Assembly (NCBI GenBank): GCA_029262335.1
Contig: JAJCZQ010000049.1
Span: 13,731-77,730 of the forward strand
Origin: Deltaproteobacteria bacterium
Lineage (GTDB): Bacteria; Desulfobacterota_D; UBA1144; Nemesobacterales; JAJCZQ01
Length of the DNA: 64,000 nucleotides
Direction: 5' to 3'
A model generated the notes under the pieces. That model was not told the DNA's origin and made no database searches. It saw only the letters and a program-made list of their open reading frames with translations. Numbering within the stretch: position 1 is the first letter of the stretch; each line of letters starts with the position of its first letter. Both the position numbers and the translations under genes were made by a program. This document shows, in pieces, positions 18,903-31,876 of this stretch.

Positions 18903-21584
18903 ATGTCTAAAGAAGAGATACAAAGTCTTAAGAAAAAGATTGAGGTTAACGGATCTGGATTTGATGTATTTTCACTGAAATCACTTGAAGCTAATAAAAA
19001 TTATGATCTTTCCAAACTTCCCATTTCCATAAAAATTCTTTTAGAAAATGTTTTGAGAAATTACGACGGATCAGTTGTAAATGACGATCATATTGAATCT
19101 CTTGCGGCATGGGACAAAACAAATAAAGATTCAAAAGAAATTCCATATAACCCTGCCAGGGTAATTTTGCAGGATTTCACAGGTGTTCCATGTGTGGTAG
19201 ACCTCGCGGCAATGAGGACTTCAGTTGATGAAATGGACGATGATCCTTCTAAAATTAATCCCCAGGTACCGGTTGATTTAGTTATAGACCATTCGGTGCA
19301 GGTCGATTATTTTGCCAATAACCAGGCATTTGAAAAAAATGTAGAAAGAGAATATGAAAGAAACAGGGAAAGATACCAGTTCTTAAGATGGGCCCAGGAC
19401 TCTTTTGATAATTTCAGGGCTGTTCCCCCGGGTACAGGTATTGTTCACCAGGTAAATCTCGAATGCCTTGCAACAGTTGTTGCTACAAGAGAAGTAGACG
19501 GTAGTATGTGTGCATTCCCCGATACTCTGGTTGGTACTGATTCTCATACAACAATGATCAATGGTTTAAGTGTGCTTGGATGGGGTGTTGGCGGTATTGA
19601 AGCAGAAGCCAGCATGCTTGGACAACCAATTTACATGCTTATACCTGATGTAATTGGTTTCAAAATACACGGAAAGTTAAAAGAAGGAGTCACTGCAACA
19701 GACCTTGTACTAAAAGTTACAGAGATGCTGAGGGCAAAAGGTGTTGTTGGGAAATTTGTAGAATTTTACGGCCCCGGCCTTAGCCAGCTGGCCCTTTCCG
19801 ATAAAGCAACAATTGCAAATATGGCACCTGAATATGGTGCTACAATGGGATTCTTTCCTGTTGACGCCGAGACATTAAGATATCTGACTATGACAGGCAG
19901 AGAAGATGACCTGGTAGCGCTTGTAGAGGCATACACAAAGGAACAGGGACTATTCAGGACTGATGATATGCCTGACCCTGTATATACAGATACAATTGAA
20001 CTTGATATTTCAACTGTTGAGCCTGCTCTTGCCGGGCCAAGCCGTCCGCAGGACAGGATTAACCTAAAAGACATGAAAGAGCAGTATCATAAGAGCCTGG
20101 TGGAAAAAAGAGGCTCTGACGATCAAAACTCAGTAAACATAGAAATTAATAATGAAGCAGACAAGCTGGGTGACGGTTCTGTAGTTATTGCTGCTATAAC
20201 AAGCTGTACTAATACTTCCAATCCTTCAGTTATGGTTGCAGCAGGTCTTGTTGCTAAAAAAGCAGTAGAGAAAGGATTAACAGTAAATCCATCAGTAAAA
20301 ACCAGCCTTGCACCCGGATCAAGAGTTGTAACTGATTACCTAGATGCATCTGGGCTTACACAATATCTGGATAAATTAGGTTTTAACCTTGTCGGATATG
20401 GCTGCACTACATGTATTGGAAACAGCGGCCCGCTTCCGGAAGAGGTTGAGGCAGCAATAAAAGAAAATGATTTCACATGTGCATCTGTACTTAGTGGTAA
20501 CAGAAACTTTGAGGGCAGGGTACATCCACAGGTCAAATTCTCATACCTTGCATCACCGCCGCTGGTAGTATCTTATGCACTTGCAGGCACTGTAGACCTT
20601 GACCTCACAAAGGAACCGCTGGGTAAGGGAAGTGACGGAAATGATGTATATTTAAAAGATATATGGCCTGCCCAGAGTGAAATACAGGAAATACTTTCAT
20701 CCGTAATAACACCTGAAATGTTCAGGTCCCAGTATTCAACTGTATTTGATGGTGATGAGACATGGAAGTCGCTTCCAACTCCTACCGGAAATCTTTATGA
20801 ATGGAATGATGATTCAACTTATATCCAGAATCCTCCGTTTTTTAAGAATTTCTCACTTGATGTATCTGATCCGGTTGATATAAACGGTGCATATGCTCTG
20901 GCACTGCTTGGAGACTCAATCACTACTGACCATATCTCACCGGCTGGTTCGATTCCTAAAGACGGCCCTGCAGGTAAGTATCTTATTTCAAAAGGAGTTG
21001 AACAAAGGGATTTTAACAGCTTCGGATCAAGGCGTGGTAATCATGATGTGATGATAAGAGGTACCTTTGCAAATATCAGGATAAGAAACAAGATGGTCCC
21101 GGGTACGGAAGGTGGTATAACAGTTCATGTGCCTACGGCTGAAACAATGAGTATTTTTGATGCATCTGAAAAATATATTAATGACGGCGAGCCGCTGGTT
21201 GTAATTGGTGGTAAGGAATACGGAACAGGAAGCTCCAGGGACTGGGCTGCAAAGGGAACAATTCTGCTTGGTGTAAAGTCTGTAATTGCTGAAAGCTTTG
21301 AAAGGATTCACAGGAGTAATTTAGTGGGAATGGGAGTACTGCCGCTTCAGTTTATGGAAGGCGAGAGTGCTGAAACTCATGGCCTTACAGGATTTGAAAA
21401 GTTTAGTATAGCAGGCATTTCTGAAGGACTTGAACCAAGAAAAGTGGTAACTGTTACAGCAGAGGCAGAAAATGGGGATAAAAAAGAGTTTAAAGCATTA
21501 TGCAGACTGGACACCCCGGTTGAGATAGAATATCTGAAAAACGGTGGAATTTTACAAACAGTTTTAAGGCAGATGGTCTCATAA
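18903..21584 (+). CDS. acnA: Aconitate hydratase A
   Basis: 893 aa. Fe-S ligand cysteine regions ([17 protein letters not shown]). Aconitase swivel domain at C-terminus. Confidence 0.9.
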   Translation: MSKEEIQSLKKKIEVNGSGFDVFSLKSLEANKNYDLSKLPISIKILLENVLRNYDGSVVNDDHIESLAAWDKTNKDSKEIPYNPARVILQDFTGVPCVVDLAAMRTSVDEMDDDPSKINPQVPVDLVIDHSVQVDYFANNQAFEKNVEREYERNRERYQFLRWAQDSFDNFRAVPPGTGIVHQVNLECLATVVATREVDGSMCAFPDTLVGTDSHTTMINGLSVLGWGVGGIEAEASMLGQPIYMLIPDVIGFKIHGKLKEGVTATDLVLKVTEMLRAKGVVGKFVEFYGPGLSQLALSDKATIANMAPEYGATMGFFPVDAETLRYLTMTGREDDLVALVEAYTKEQGLFRTDDMPDPVYTDTIELDISTVEPALAGPSRPQDRINLKDMKEQYHKSLVEKRGSDDQNSVNIEINNEADKLGDGSVVIAAITSCTNTSNPSVMVAAGLVAKKAVEKGLTVNPSVKTSLAPGSRVVTDYLDASGLTQYLDKLGFNLVGYGCTTCIGNSGPLPEEVEAAIKENDFTCASVLSGNRNFEGRVHPQVKFSYLASPPLVVSYALAGTVDLDLTKEPLGKGSDGNDVYLKDIWPAQSEIQEILSSVITPEMFRSQYSTVFDGDETWKSLPTPTGNLYEWNDDSTYIQNPPFFKNFSLDVSDPVDINGAYALALLGDSITTDHISPAGSIPKDGPAGKYLISKGVEQRDFNSFGSRRGNHDVMIRGTFANIRIRNKMVPGTEGGITVHVPTAETMSIFDASEKYINDGEPLVVIGGKEYGTGSSRDWAAKGTILLGVKSVIAESFERIHRSNLVGMGVLPLQFMEGESAETHGLTGFEKFSIAGISEGLEPRKVVTVTAEAENGDKKEFKALCRLDTPVEIEYLKNGGILQTVLRQMVS

Positions 21585-21663
21585 TATTCTGTCAGAATTG
21601 CAATATATCCAATTTTTGATTATATTTTCAGGCTAAATTTTTGTCTGAAAGAGGAGTAATACA

Positions 21664-22911
21664 ATGTCTACAACTAGTGGGGAAAAAATTACAATAAATG
21701 AAGAAACCAAATCTATCGTAGTACCCGATAATCCGGTAATACCTTTTATCGAGGGAGATGGAATTGGGCCTGATATCTGGAAAGCATCCGAGCTTGTATT
21801 TGATGCAGCTGTTGCTAAAGCATATGATGGTGCAAAAAAAATATCATGGCACGAAGTGCTTGCTGGAGAAAAAGCATATGAGCAGACCGGAGAATGGCTG
21901 CCTGAGAAGACCCTTGAAGATATAAGGGAATATATTGTAGGGATCAAAGGACCTTTAACTACACCTGTAGGTGGCGGAATTAGAAGTCTTAATGTTGCTT
22001 TAAGGCAGCTGCTGGACCTTTATGCATGCGTCAGGCCTGTAAGGTGGATAAAAGGTACACCTAACCCTGTCAAGAATCCGGAAAAACTCGATGTAGTTAT
22101 ATTCAGGGAAAATACCGAAGATGTATATTCCGGTATTGAATGGGAAAGCGGATCAAAAGAAGCTGAAGAAATCAGGGAATACCTAATAAATAACTACGGC
22201 GTAAGTATAAGAGAAAAATCAGGACTTGGCTTAAAACCAATCAGCCCGTTTGGAACAAAAAGACTTGTAAGAAAAGCAATTGAATACGCCATACAGTACG
22301 GAAGAAAAAGCGTTACCATTGTACATAAAGGTAACATTATGAAATTTACCGAAGGTGCTTTCAGGGAATGGGGATACGAACTAGCGAAAGAAGAATTTGC
22401 CGATATAACAATCACCGAGGATGAACTATGGGATAACTTTGACGGTAAAATGCCGGAAGGAAAAATTCTCATAAAAGACAGAATTGCAGATAATATGTTT
22501 CAGCAGGTGCTTACAAGGCCTAATGAATATGATGTTGTCGCAATGCCTAACCTTAATGGTGATTACATGTCAGATGCATGTGCTGCGCAGATTGGCGGTT
22601 TGGGTGTAGCACCGGGTGGTAACATAGGCGATTACTTTGCAGTATTTGAAGCAACACACGGCACCGCTCCAAAATATGCAGGCCAGGATAAAGTTAATCC
22701 GGGTTCTGTAATTTTGTCCGGTGTTATGATGTTTCAGTACCTGGGATGGAATGAGGCTGCCGACCTTGTGGTCAGGGCAATGGAAGAAACAGTGCTTAAC
22801 AAGACTGTTACTTATGACCTTGAGCGCCAGATGGAAGGAGCTACACTTCTTAAATGTTCAGAATACGGACAAGCCATTGTTGATAATATGGACAAAGTGC
22901 TGGGTAAGTAG
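21664..22911 (+). CDS. icd: Isocitrate dehydrogenase (NADP), homodimeric type
   Basis: 415 aa. Isocitrate/isopropylmalate dehydrogenase family motifs ([19 protein letters not shown]). Confidence 0.9.
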   Translation: MSTTSGEKITINEETKSIVVPDNPVIPFIEGDGIGPDIWKASELVFDAAVAKAYDGAKKISWHEVLAGEKAYEQTGEWLPEKTLEDIREYIVGIKGPLTTPVGGGIRSLNVALRQLLDLYACVRPVRWIKGTPNPVKNPEKLDVVIFRENTEDVYSGIEWESGSKEAEEIREYLINNYGVSIREKSGLGLKPISPFGTKRLVRKAIEYAIQYGRKSVTIVHKGNIMKFTEGAFREWGYELAKEEFADITITEDELWDNFDGKMPEGKILIKDRIADNMFQQVLTRPNEYDVVAMPNLNGDYMSDACAAQIGGLGVAPGGNIGDYFAVFEATHGTAPKYAGQDKVNPGSVILSGVMMFQYLGWNEAADLVVRAMEETVLNKTVTYDLERQMEGATLLKCSEYGQAIVDNMDKVLGK

Positions 22912-22931
22912 TTAAGTAATCCTTACAATAA

Positions 22932-23894
<963 letters not shown>

Positions 23895-23979
23895 ATCTTA
23901 AATATTAGTCTGCCGTATAAGTAAATATAAGATACATTTTAACAGGTGTATGTTCGAAACAACTTTTGGAGGAAGTTAA

Positions 23980-24711
23980 ATGTCAAATGGTACAGGGCAA
24001 AATGCTTTAACTTTAAGGAAAGATGCTTGGTGGGTTGAACCGTTAATTACAGCAACGGTACTTGGTGCATTTGGTATCTATTCAACATGGAGAGCGCTTT
24101 CTAATGAGTTCTATTTCAGCGATCCATACCTTTCACCTTTTTATTCACCATTAATTCTTGCAGACTGGTGGCCATTTTCCCCGGCACTTCTTATTCTATG
24201 GGCCCCTCTCGGTTTCAGGGCAACATGTTATTATTACAGGAAGGCTTATTACAGATCTTTTTTTCTTTCTCCCCCTGCATGTGCAGTTAATCCACTCAGG
24301 AGCAATAAAGATTATAAAGGAGAATCTTCATTTCCCTTTATTCTCCAGAATGCTCACAGGTTCTTTTTCTATGCATCAGTCGTAATCCTTATATGTCTCT
24401 GGTACGATGCAGTTATTGCATTTAAGTTCAGGGACGGCATCGGAATAGGTCTTGGTTCAATAGTAATAACGGTTAATGCATTATTACTTACTCTTTATTC
24501 ACTTTCATGCCATTCATTCAGGCATTTGGTAGGCGGAAAGCTTGATGTATTCTCAGGCTGTCCTACAAGATTCAGATTATGGGGAGCGGCAAGCGTATTT
24601 AACGAAAGACATATGCTTTATGCCTGGATCAGCCTTGTTTTTGTAGCACTTACAGATCTATATGTATTCCTGCTTGCAAAGGGCACAATTACTGACGTGA
24701 GGTTTTTATAA
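23980..24711 (+). CDS. Succinate dehydrogenase/fumarate reductase membrane cytochrome b subunit (single five-helix type)
   Basis: 243 aa polytopic membrane protein with conserved His residues, directly upstream of the flavoprotein and Fe-S subunits. This architecture resembles single-subunit five-helix dihaem anchors. Confidence 0.6.
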   Translation: MSNGTGQNALTLRKDAWWVEPLITATVLGAFGIYSTWRALSNEFYFSDPYLSPFYSPLILADWWPFSPALLILWAPLGFRATCYYYRKAYYRSFFLSPPACAVNPLRSNKDYKGESSFPFILQNAHRFFFYASVVILICLWYDAVIAFKFRDGIGIGLGSIVITVNALLLTLYSLSCHSFRHLVGGKLDVFSGCPTRFRLWGAASVFNERHMLYAWISLVFVALTDLYVFLLAKGTITDVRFL

Positions 24712-24713
24712 AA

Positions 24714-26435
24714 ATGGAAAATTACGAAACACATACACATGACGTACTGATTATCGGAGCCGGTGGCGCAGGCCTCAGGGCGGCAATTGAGTCTTCAGCG
24801 CAGGGTGCCTCTACCGGGCTTGTCTGTAAATCACTTCTCGGTAAAGCACATACCGTGATGGCAGAGGGCGGTATGGCAGCAGCACTTGCCAATGTTGACC
24901 CGAAAGATGACTGGAAGACGCATTTTAAAGACACAATTTACGGCGGCAAAATGCTAAATAACTGGAAAATGCCGTTTAACCATGCAAATGAAGCCCCTGA
25001 AAGAGTAAGAGAACTAGAACACTGGGGAGCAGTATTTGACAGGACCCCGAAAGGAAAAATCAACCAAAGGGCTTTTGGCGGCCATACATGGAAAAGACTT
25101 GCACATGTCGGCGACAGGACCGGCCTGGAGATGATAAGAACCCTCCAGGACAAGGGAATTCATACAGGTATTGATGTATATATGGAATGCACCATAACCC
25201 ATCTTATTAAAGATGGTGACAAGATTGCAGGTGCTTTTGGTTACTGGAGAGAAAGCGGTAAATTTGTACTATTTAAAGCAAAATCAATCATACTTGCCAC
25301 AGGCGGCGTAGGAAAAGCCTATAAAGTTACTTCCAATTCCTGGGAGTATACAGGTGACGGACAGTCAATGGCTTATGATATTGGCGCAGAACTTATTGAT
25401 ATGGAATTTATTCAGTTTCACCCAACAGGCATGGTCTGGCCTCCAAGTATCAGGGGAGTACTGGTTACCGAAGCTGTAAGAGGTGAAGGCGGATTATTAA
25501 GAAACTCAGAAGGCGAAAGATTTATGGAGAAATATGACCCCGAGAGGATGGAGCTAAGCACAAGAGATGTTGTTGCAAGATCCATCTACACGGAAGTCAA
25601 AGAAGGAAGGGGTACACCACACGGTGGCGCTTATCTGTATATTTCACATAAAGGCGCTGATTACATTAAAAAGAAACTACCAAGCATGTACCACCAGTTT
25701 ATGGAATTTGCTGACGTAGACATCACAAAAGACCCAATGGAAGTATATCCTACAACTCATTACATAATGGGAGGCATCAGGGTAGACGGCGATACATGTG
25801 CTACTACTATCCCTGGCCTATATGCAGCAGGCGAAGTCTCAGGCGGTATGCATGGGGCAAACAGGCTTGGCGGCAATTCACTTTCTGATCTGCTTGTTTT
25901 TGGAAAAAGATCCGGTGAGGCTGCAGCAGCATATGCAAACAGTGTCTCAACAAATCTGAATATCCAGGCTGAGCAGGTTGAAGCTTATGCCAATGAAATA
26001 CTGGCACCTTTCAGCAGCACTGATGGTGAGAACCCTTACTCAATACACCAGGACCTTCAGGATGTTATGGGTGATTATGTAGGTGTATTTAGAAATAAAG
26101 AGAATCTTGAAAAAGGAATTGCCGAAGTTGATAAATTGAAAGACAGGGCAAAGAACATGAAAATTGAGGGTTCCAGGATGTACAATCCGGGATGGCATTT
26201 ATGCCGTGACCTTAAATCAATGCTTATGGTTTCCGAGGCAATAGCTAAATGTGCTCTTCAAAGAGAAGAGAGCAGAGGGGCCCACAGCAGGGTAGATTTT
26301 GAAGGCTATGATGATGAGAAATGGGGTAAAGTAAATTCATCAATTAACCTTCAGGGCGACTCTATGAATGTCACAACAACACCATTGCCCGAAATGCCGG
26401 ACGAACTAAAAAGCCTATTTACGGAGGGTAGTTAA
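24714..26435 (+). CDS. sdhA: Succinate dehydrogenase/fumarate reductase flavoprotein subunit
   Basis: DVLIIGAGGAGLRAA FAD motif. HYIMGG motif. 573 aa. Confidence 0.9.
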   Translation: MENYETHTHDVLIIGAGGAGLRAAIESSAQGASTGLVCKSLLGKAHTVMAEGGMAAALANVDPKDDWKTHFKDTIYGGKMLNNWKMPFNHANEAPERVRELEHWGAVFDRTPKGKINQRAFGGHTWKRLAHVGDRTGLEMIRTLQDKGIHTGIDVYMECTITHLIKDGDKIAGAFGYWRESGKFVLFKAKSIILATGGVGKAYKVTSNSWEYTGDGQSMAYDIGAELIDMEFIQFHPTGMVWPPSIRGVLVTEAVRGEGGLLRNSEGERFMEKYDPERMELSTRDVVARSIYTEVKEGRGTPHGGAYLYISHKGADYIKKKLPSMYHQFMEFADVDITKDPMEVYPTTHYIMGGIRVDGDTCATTIPGLYAAGEVSGGMHGANRLGGNSLSDLLVFGKRSGEAAAAYANSVSTNLNIQAEQVEAYANEILAPFSSTDGENPYSIHQDLQDVMGDYVGVFRNKENLEKGIAEVDKLKDRAKNMKIEGSRMYNPGWHLCRDLKSMLMVSEAIAKCALQREESRGAHSRVDFEGYDDEKWGKVNSSINLQGDSMNVTTTPLPEMPDELKSLFTEGS

Positions 26436-27167
26436 ATGTCAGAAGCTATACTTAGAGTATTCAGAGGCGATGCAAACGGCGGGGAAGAGAAAGAATATAA
26501 AGTCCCGGTCGAAGAAGGTATGGTTGTCCTCGATGCCCTTCATTATATTCAGGCTGAATATGATGGTGACCTGGCCGTAAGATGGAACTGTAAAGCCGCT
26601 AAGTGTGGTTCCTGCAGCACCGAGATAAATGGAAAACCCCAGCTTGCCTGCAAATCAAGAATGGACAAGTTCCCCGAAGGTCAGCCAATTAGGGTTTACC
26701 CTATAAAGGCTTTCCCGGTAATGAAAGACCTTGTAACAGATGTCTCTTGGAACTATGAAACCAATAAAAAAATACCGGAATTCACACCGGCAACTGATGA
26801 AGAATTTACAATGTATCAGGATGATGTTGAACGTATTCAGGAATTCAGAAAATGCATCGAGTGTTTTATGTGTCAGAACGTTTGTCACATATTAAGAAAC
26901 CATGACAGGAAAGATGCTTTTTTTGGACCAAGATTTATGATTAAGATTGCTGAACGTGTTATGCACCCTATGGAAAAAATTGACCGCAGGGAGTTTCTAA
27001 AAGACGAAGCAGGAGTAGGTTACTGCAACATAACAAAATGCTGCACAGAGGTATGCCCCGAAGACATTCATATTACTGACAATGGAATTATACCTTTAAA
27101 GGAAAGAGTAGCTGATAAATACTTTGATCCTTTAAGCTGGGTATTAAGAAAAATAAAAGGCAAATAG
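26436..27167 (+). CDS. sdhB: Succinate dehydrogenase/fumarate reductase iron-sulfur subunit
   Basis: 2Fe-2S motif CKAAKCGSC...C, then 4Fe-4S/3Fe-4S cysteine clusters (CIECFMCQNVC, CCTEVCP). Confidence 0.9.
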   Translation: MSEAILRVFRGDANGGEEKEYKVPVEEGMVVLDALHYIQAEYDGDLAVRWNCKAAKCGSCSTEINGKPQLACKSRMDKFPEGQPIRVYPIKAFPVMKDLVTDVSWNYETNKKIPEFTPATDEEFTMYQDDVERIQEFRKCIECFMCQNVCHILRNHDRKDAFFGPRFMIKIAERVMHPMEKIDRREFLKDEAGVGYCNITKCCTEVCPEDIHITDNGIIPLKERVADKYFDPLSWVLRKIKGK

Positions 27168-27202
27168 TTTATAAAGTATTACTGGTTTTGGAGGAATTAT
27201 AA

Positions 27203-28363
27203 TTGAATATACATGAGTACCAGGCTAAAGAACTTCTTTCTAAATATGGTGTAAGAGTACCAATCGGTAAAGTTGCATTCACAGCTGAAGAAGCAAAACA
27301 GATAGCTAATGATTTAAATGCAGAGAAACTTGTTGTTAAAGCCCAGATACATGCCGGTGGAAGAGGGAAGGCCGGTGGAGTAAAGGTTACAGGTTCTGTG
27401 GAAGAAGCAGAAATAATAGCATCTGAGATGCTTGGTATGAAACTTGTTACTCATCAGACAGGCCCTGAGGGTAAAATAGTGGGCAAGGTACTTGTAGAAG
27501 AAGCCTCTGATATAGCCAAAGAGTTTTACCTGGGCATGGTAATAGACAGGACCAGTGAACAGGTGGTTGTAATGGCAAGCCCTGAAGGCGGTACCGAAAT
27601 TGAAGAAGTTGCAAAGAAAACACCAGAAAAAATATTAAAAGTACATATAGACCCCTCAGTCGGGATACAGCCGTTTCAGTGCAGAAAAATTGCATATTTT
27701 CTCGGCCTTGAAGGAAAGGCTGTAAACAAAGCAGTTTCTTTTATAATAAGCCTTTACAAACTTTTTACTGAAAAAGACTGTTCACTTGCAGAGATTAACC
27801 CTCTTGTTCTTACAGGTGACGGTGAAGTGCTTGCACTTGACGGAAAACTTAATTTTGATGATAACGCACTCTTTAGACGTCCGGATATACAAAAACTCCA
27901 GGACAGGACAGAAGAAGACGAACTTGAGCTTGAGGCCAAGGAAGTCGGCATCAGTTTTGTAAACCTCGACGGTAATATCGGATGTCTTGTAAATGGTGCC
28001 GGCCTTGCAATGGCCACTATGGATATTATTAAGTTTCATGGCGGCGTACCCGCAAACTTTCTGGATGTTGGGGGCGGTGCAACTGCGGAGCAGGTTACAA
28101 AAGCTTTTAAAATGATTCTCAGCGATGAAAATGTTAAGGCAATATTTGTTAACATATTCGGCGGTATTATGAAATGCGATACCATAGCTGAGGGCATAAT
28201 TACAGCTGCTAATGAAATTGGAATAAAAGTGCCACTGATAGTCAGGCTTGAAGGCACAAATGTAGAATTAGGCAGAAAATTACTTTCAGAATCCGGCCTC
28301 GATATACAAACCGGGACAGATATGAAAGATGCTGCTTCAAAAGCAGTTGAAGCTGCCAAATAA
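27203..28363 (+). CDS. sucC: Succinyl-CoA synthetase beta subunit (ADP-forming)
   Basis: [13 protein letters not shown]-terminus, ATP-grasp. 386 aa. TTG start preceded by GGAGGA. No sucD follows in this window. Confidence 0.85.
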   Translation: MNIHEYQAKELLSKYGVRVPIGKVAFTAEEAKQIANDLNAEKLVVKAQIHAGGRGKAGGVKVTGSVEEAEIIASEMLGMKLVTHQTGPEGKIVGKVLVEEASDIAKEFYLGMVIDRTSEQVVVMASPEGGTEIEEVAKKTPEKILKVHIDPSVGIQPFQCRKIAYFLGLEGKAVNKAVSFIISLYKLFTEKDCSLAEINPLVLTGDGEVLALDGKLNFDDNALFRRPDIQKLQDRTEEDELELEAKEVGISFVNLDGNIGCLVNGAGLAMATMDIIKFHGGVPANFLDVGGGATAEQVTKAFKMILSDENVKAIFVNIFGGIMKCDTIAEGIITAANEIGIKVPLIVRLEGTNVELGRKLLSESGLDIQTGTDMKDAASKAVEAAK

Positions 28364-28422
28364 TCAATTTCAACTACAGACCTAACCCTCGTATATTGCT
28401 TAATAATACGACTTTTAACCTC

Positions 28423-28450
28423 TTGACAAGCTGATGTTGATGCTTATTTT
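28423..28450 (+). promoter_or_regulatory. Putative promoter upstream of rpoH (TTGACA-N16-TATTTT)
   Basis: TTGACA at 28423-28428, 16-nt spacer, TATTTT at 28445-28450, about 25 nt before the AGGAGG RBS. Confidence 0.3.
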
Positions 28451-28474
28451 GGATAATAGTAGGAGGTTAAGACT

Positions 28475-29335
28475 ATGAAAGCATTAGCATTAAATACATC
28501 AATGAATCTGTTTTTGAAAGAAATTGAGCATTATCCAGTGCTTTCAAAACAGGAAGAATATGAAATTGCCGTAAATTACCATGAAAATGGTGATCTTGAA
28601 GCAGCCAATAAGCTTGTTTTATCTAACCTCAGGTTTGTAATGAAAATTGCCGGAGAGTATAAAACCTACGGTTTTCCCTTAATGGATCTAATACAGGAAG
28701 GGACTATAGGCCTTATGCATGCGGTAAAGAAATTTAACCCGTTTAAAGGCTACAGGCTTATAAGTTATGCCGTATGGTGGATTAAAGCCCGCATACACGG
28801 CCATATTATGAAATTCTGGAGTAGTGTCAAGATCGGTACTACGCAGGCACAAAGAAAGCTGTTTCAAAAATTAGGCAGTGCAAAAAGAAAATTAAATATT
28901 TCTTCGTCAAAACTAAATGAAGAAGAAATTACCAAAGTAGCAGCACATTTCGGAGTTAAGGAAAAAGATGTAGTAGAGATGGAATTAAGGCATGCTTCAA
29001 GAGATTTTTCTCTCGACCATAATGTCGATGGAGATGACGGTTCCATGAACTATATAGATATCCTCCCTGACAGTAGTATTAACCAGGAGCAGCTTGTTGA
29101 GAATATGGAATACAATGATGTTGCCCATGAAGAGCTCAGGAAAGGAATGGAATACCTTAACGAAAGAGAAAAAAAGGTGATTAATGAAAGGTTTTACCTT
29201 GATAACCCAAGAAAACTTCACGAAATAGGGGAAGAGCTTGGTGTTTCAAAGGAAAGAGTCAGGCAAATAGAAAAATCTGCACTTGCAAAACTGCAGAAAA
29301 AAATGAAAACAAATATGCAGGATATTTTGAATTAA
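28475..29335 (+). CDS. rpoH: RNA polymerase sigma-32-like heat-shock sigma factor
   Basis: Sigma-70 region 2 (YRLISYAVWWIKARI). Segment TTQAQRKLFQKLGSAKRKL matches the RpoH box (QRKLFFNLRKTKQRL in E. coli). Region 4 HTH near the C-terminus. 286 aa. Confidence 0.7.
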   Translation: MKALALNTSMNLFLKEIEHYPVLSKQEEYEIAVNYHENGDLEAANKLVLSNLRFVMKIAGEYKTYGFPLMDLIQEGTIGLMHAVKKFNPFKGYRLISYAVWWIKARIHGHIMKFWSSVKIGTTQAQRKLFQKLGSAKRKLNISSSKLNEEEITKVAAHFGVKEKDVVEMELRHASRDFSLDHNVDGDDGSMNYIDILPDSSINQEQLVENMEYNDVAHEELRKGMEYLNEREKKVINERFYLDNPRKLHEIGEELGVSKERVRQIEKSALAKLQKKMKTNMQDILN

Positions 29336-29359
29336 GATAAACCAGGAGGTTTTTTTAGT

Positions 29360-31291
29360 ATGGCGACTTCAAAAATAATTGGAATTGATCTGGGAACTAC
29401 GAATTCTGTTGTTGCTATTGTAGAAGGCGGAGAACCAAAGATTATAATAAACGAGGAAGGAAACAGGACCACCCCTTCGGTAGTTGCATTTGCCAAGGAC
29501 AAGGAGATCCTTGTTGGCGATTCTGCTAAAAGGCAGGCTGTAGCTAATCCTGAAAATACAATCTTTTCCAATAAGAGAATGATTGGCAGAAGGTTTGAAG
29601 AGGTTAAAGACGAAGTAGGCAGTCTGCCTTACAAGATTGTAAAATCTTCTAATGACGATGCATGGTTTGAAGTCGAAGGCGAACAGTATTCACCTCCGCA
29701 GATTTCTTCCAACATTTTAATGAAATTAAAAAAAGCTGCTGAAGACTATATTGGTACTTCGGTAAATGAAGCGGTTATTACTGTTCCGGCTTACTTCAAT
29801 GACAGCCAGAGGCAGGCAACAAAAGATTCCGGTAAAATAGCCGGCCTTGAAGTTAAAAGGATTATTAACGAACCTACGGCAGCAGCGCTTGCTTATGGTT
29901 TTGATAAAAAAAGTGAAGGAATTATTGCCGTTTATGACCTCGGCGGCGGTACTTTTGATATATCGATACTTGAAGTAGGGGACAATGTAATTGAAGTAAA
30001 ATCAACCAATGGTGATACTCACCTTGGGGGAGATGACTTCGACAAAAAAATTATTGATTACATAATCGAAGAATTTAAAAAAGATTCAGGCATTGATCTT
30101 AGTAACGATAAAATGGCCCAGCAGAGGCTGAGGGAAGCAGCAGAGAAAGCCAAGATTGAGCTTTCAAGTAAACTTGAAACAGAGATCAATCTTCCATTTA
30201 TAACTGCAGATGCATCTGGTCCAAAGCATTTAGTATTAAAAATAACCCGTTCGAAATTTGAACAGATTGTAGACCCTCTTGTTAAGGGTACACTTGAACC
30301 CTGCAAGCAGGCACTTAAAGATGCCGGATTAAAAGCTGGTGACATTTCCGAAATTATTCTTGTTGGTGGATCTACGAGGACCCCGCTTGTGCAGAAAGTT
30401 GTTTCTGAATTTTTTGGAAAAGAACCTCACAAGGGAATTAATCCTGATGAAGTTGTTGCAATGGGTGCAGCGATTCAGGGTGCGGTACTTGGAGGCGAAG
30501 TAAGAGACGTATTACTTCTTGACGTAACCCCTTTATCTCTTGGTATAGAAACACTTGGCGGCATCATGACTCCAATTATTACAAGAAATACAACAATACC
30601 AACAAAAAAGAGCCAGGTATTTACTACTGCGGAAGACAACCAGACCTCAGTAGAAATACATGTGCTGCAGGGTGAAAGGCAGATGGCTGCTGATAACAGA
30701 ACACTTGCAAGGTTTATACTGGACGGTATACCGCCTGCTGCCAGGGGAGTGCCCCAAGTAGAGGTCACTTTTGATACTGATGCCGACGGTATTATGCACG
30801 TTTCTGCAAAGGACATGGCATCGCAAAAAGAACAGAAAATTAAAGTAGAAGCATCAAGCGGCCTTTCTAAAGAAGAAATTGATTCTATGGTTGATGAGGC
30901 TGAAGCCAAGTCAGAAGAAGATAAACAACGTCATGAAGCCGTAGAGAAAAAGAACAAACTTGATGAACTCATTTACAGGACCGATAAGAGTTTTAAAGAG
31001 CTTGAAGAAAAACTTTCTGATGAAGAGAAAAAAGAACTTCAGGATGCCCTTGAAACAGGAAGAGAAGCTGTGAAATCAGACGATATTGCACAGATAGATG
31101 CTGCTACAGAAAAGATAACACAGGCTTCGCATAAACTTGCTGAAATCATGTATAAAGAGCAGCAGGAACAGGCAACAGAAGATGGTGCCCAGCAGCCCGA
31201 AGGAGAACAACCAGAAGGCGAAACAGAATCTTCGGAAGAAGATGACAAAAGCGATGATGATGTAATCGATGCTGAATTTACAGAAAAATAA
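29360..31291 (+). CDS. dnaK: Chaperone DnaK (Hsp70), copy 1
   Basis: [18 protein letters not shown], and acidic C-terminal tail ending DAEFTEK. 643 aa. Only 24 nt downstream of rpoH. Confidence 0.9.
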   Translation: MATSKIIGIDLGTTNSVVAIVEGGEPKIIINEEGNRTTPSVVAFAKDKEILVGDSAKRQAVANPENTIFSNKRMIGRRFEEVKDEVGSLPYKIVKSSNDDAWFEVEGEQYSPPQISSNILMKLKKAAEDYIGTSVNEAVITVPAYFNDSQRQATKDSGKIAGLEVKRIINEPTAAALAYGFDKKSEGIIAVYDLGGGTFDISILEVGDNVIEVKSTNGDTHLGGDDFDKKIIDYIIEEFKKDSGIDLSNDKMAQQRLREAAEKAKIELSSKLETEINLPFITADASGPKHLVLKITRSKFEQIVDPLVKGTLEPCKQALKDAGLKAGDISEIILVGGSTRTPLVQKVVSEFFGKEPHKGINPDEVVAMGAAIQGAVLGGEVRDVLLLDVTPLSLGIETLGGIMTPIITRNTTIPTKKSQVFTTAEDNQTSVEIHVLQGERQMAADNRTLARFILDGIPPAARGVPQVEVTFDTDADGIMHVSAKDMASQKEQKIKVEASSGLSKEEIDSMVDEAEAKSEEDKQRHEAVEKKNKLDELIYRTDKSFKELEEKLSDEEKKELQDALETGREAVKSDDIAQIDAATEKITQASHKLAEIMYKEQQEQATEDGAQQPEGEQPEGETESSEEDDKSDDDVIDAEFTEK

Positions 31292-31315
31292 TTTTTAACA
31301 ATTAAAATATTCAGA

Positions 31316-31350
31316 AGAGGTACATCTTTCGAAGGTGTACCTCTTTTTTG
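31316..31350 (+). terminator. Rho-independent terminator after dnaK copy 1
   Basis: 9-bp stem agaggtaca/tgtacctct with extended pairing, followed by TTTTTT (31345-31350). Confidence 0.75.
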
Positions 31351-31363
31351 TTTGTAACATATT

Positions 31364-31876
31364 ATGATTACAAATTTTAAAGATAAATTTCCCGAAATTG
31401 CCGATACCTGCTATATAGCGGATGACGCTGATGTTATTGGTGATGTAGTCATTGGTGAGCATTCCAGCATATGGTTTAAAACGGTGGTCAGGGGAGATGT
31501 GAATATTATAAGAATTGGCAAGAATACAAACATTCAGGACAGTTCGGTTTTACATGTAAATTCCGGTACTCATCCTCTTCATATTGGAGATGACGTTACG
31601 GCCGGCCATATGGTAATACTTCATGGATGTACAATAAAAGACAGGGTGTTAATCGGGATGGGCTCAATTGTACAGGACGGAGCGGTCATTGAATCTGATA
31701 CTCTTATAGCTGCCGGAAGCGTGGTAACCCAAAACAGCCGCATACCATCGGGCAAACTTGTTATGGGTACTCCTGCTAAAATTAAAAGAGACCTTACATC
31801 TGAAGAAATAGAAAGTATTAAAATATCTTCTGAGAACTATGTAAAAAACGCTGAGGCATACAGGAAAACCATATGA
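31364..31876 (+). CDS. Gamma-class carbonic anhydrase family / hexapeptide-repeat protein
   Basis: Left-handed beta-helix hexapeptide repeats with conserved His (HVNSGTHPLHIGD, GHMVILHG). 170 aa. Confidence 0.7.
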   Translation: MITNFKDKFPEIADTCYIADDADVIGDVVIGEHSSIWFKTVVRGDVNIIRIGKNTNIQDSSVLHVNSGTHPLHIGDDVTAGHMVILHGCTIKDRVLIGMGSIVQDGAVIESDTLIAAGSVVTQNSRIPSGKLVMGTPAKIKRDLTSEEIESIKISSENYVKNAEAYRKTI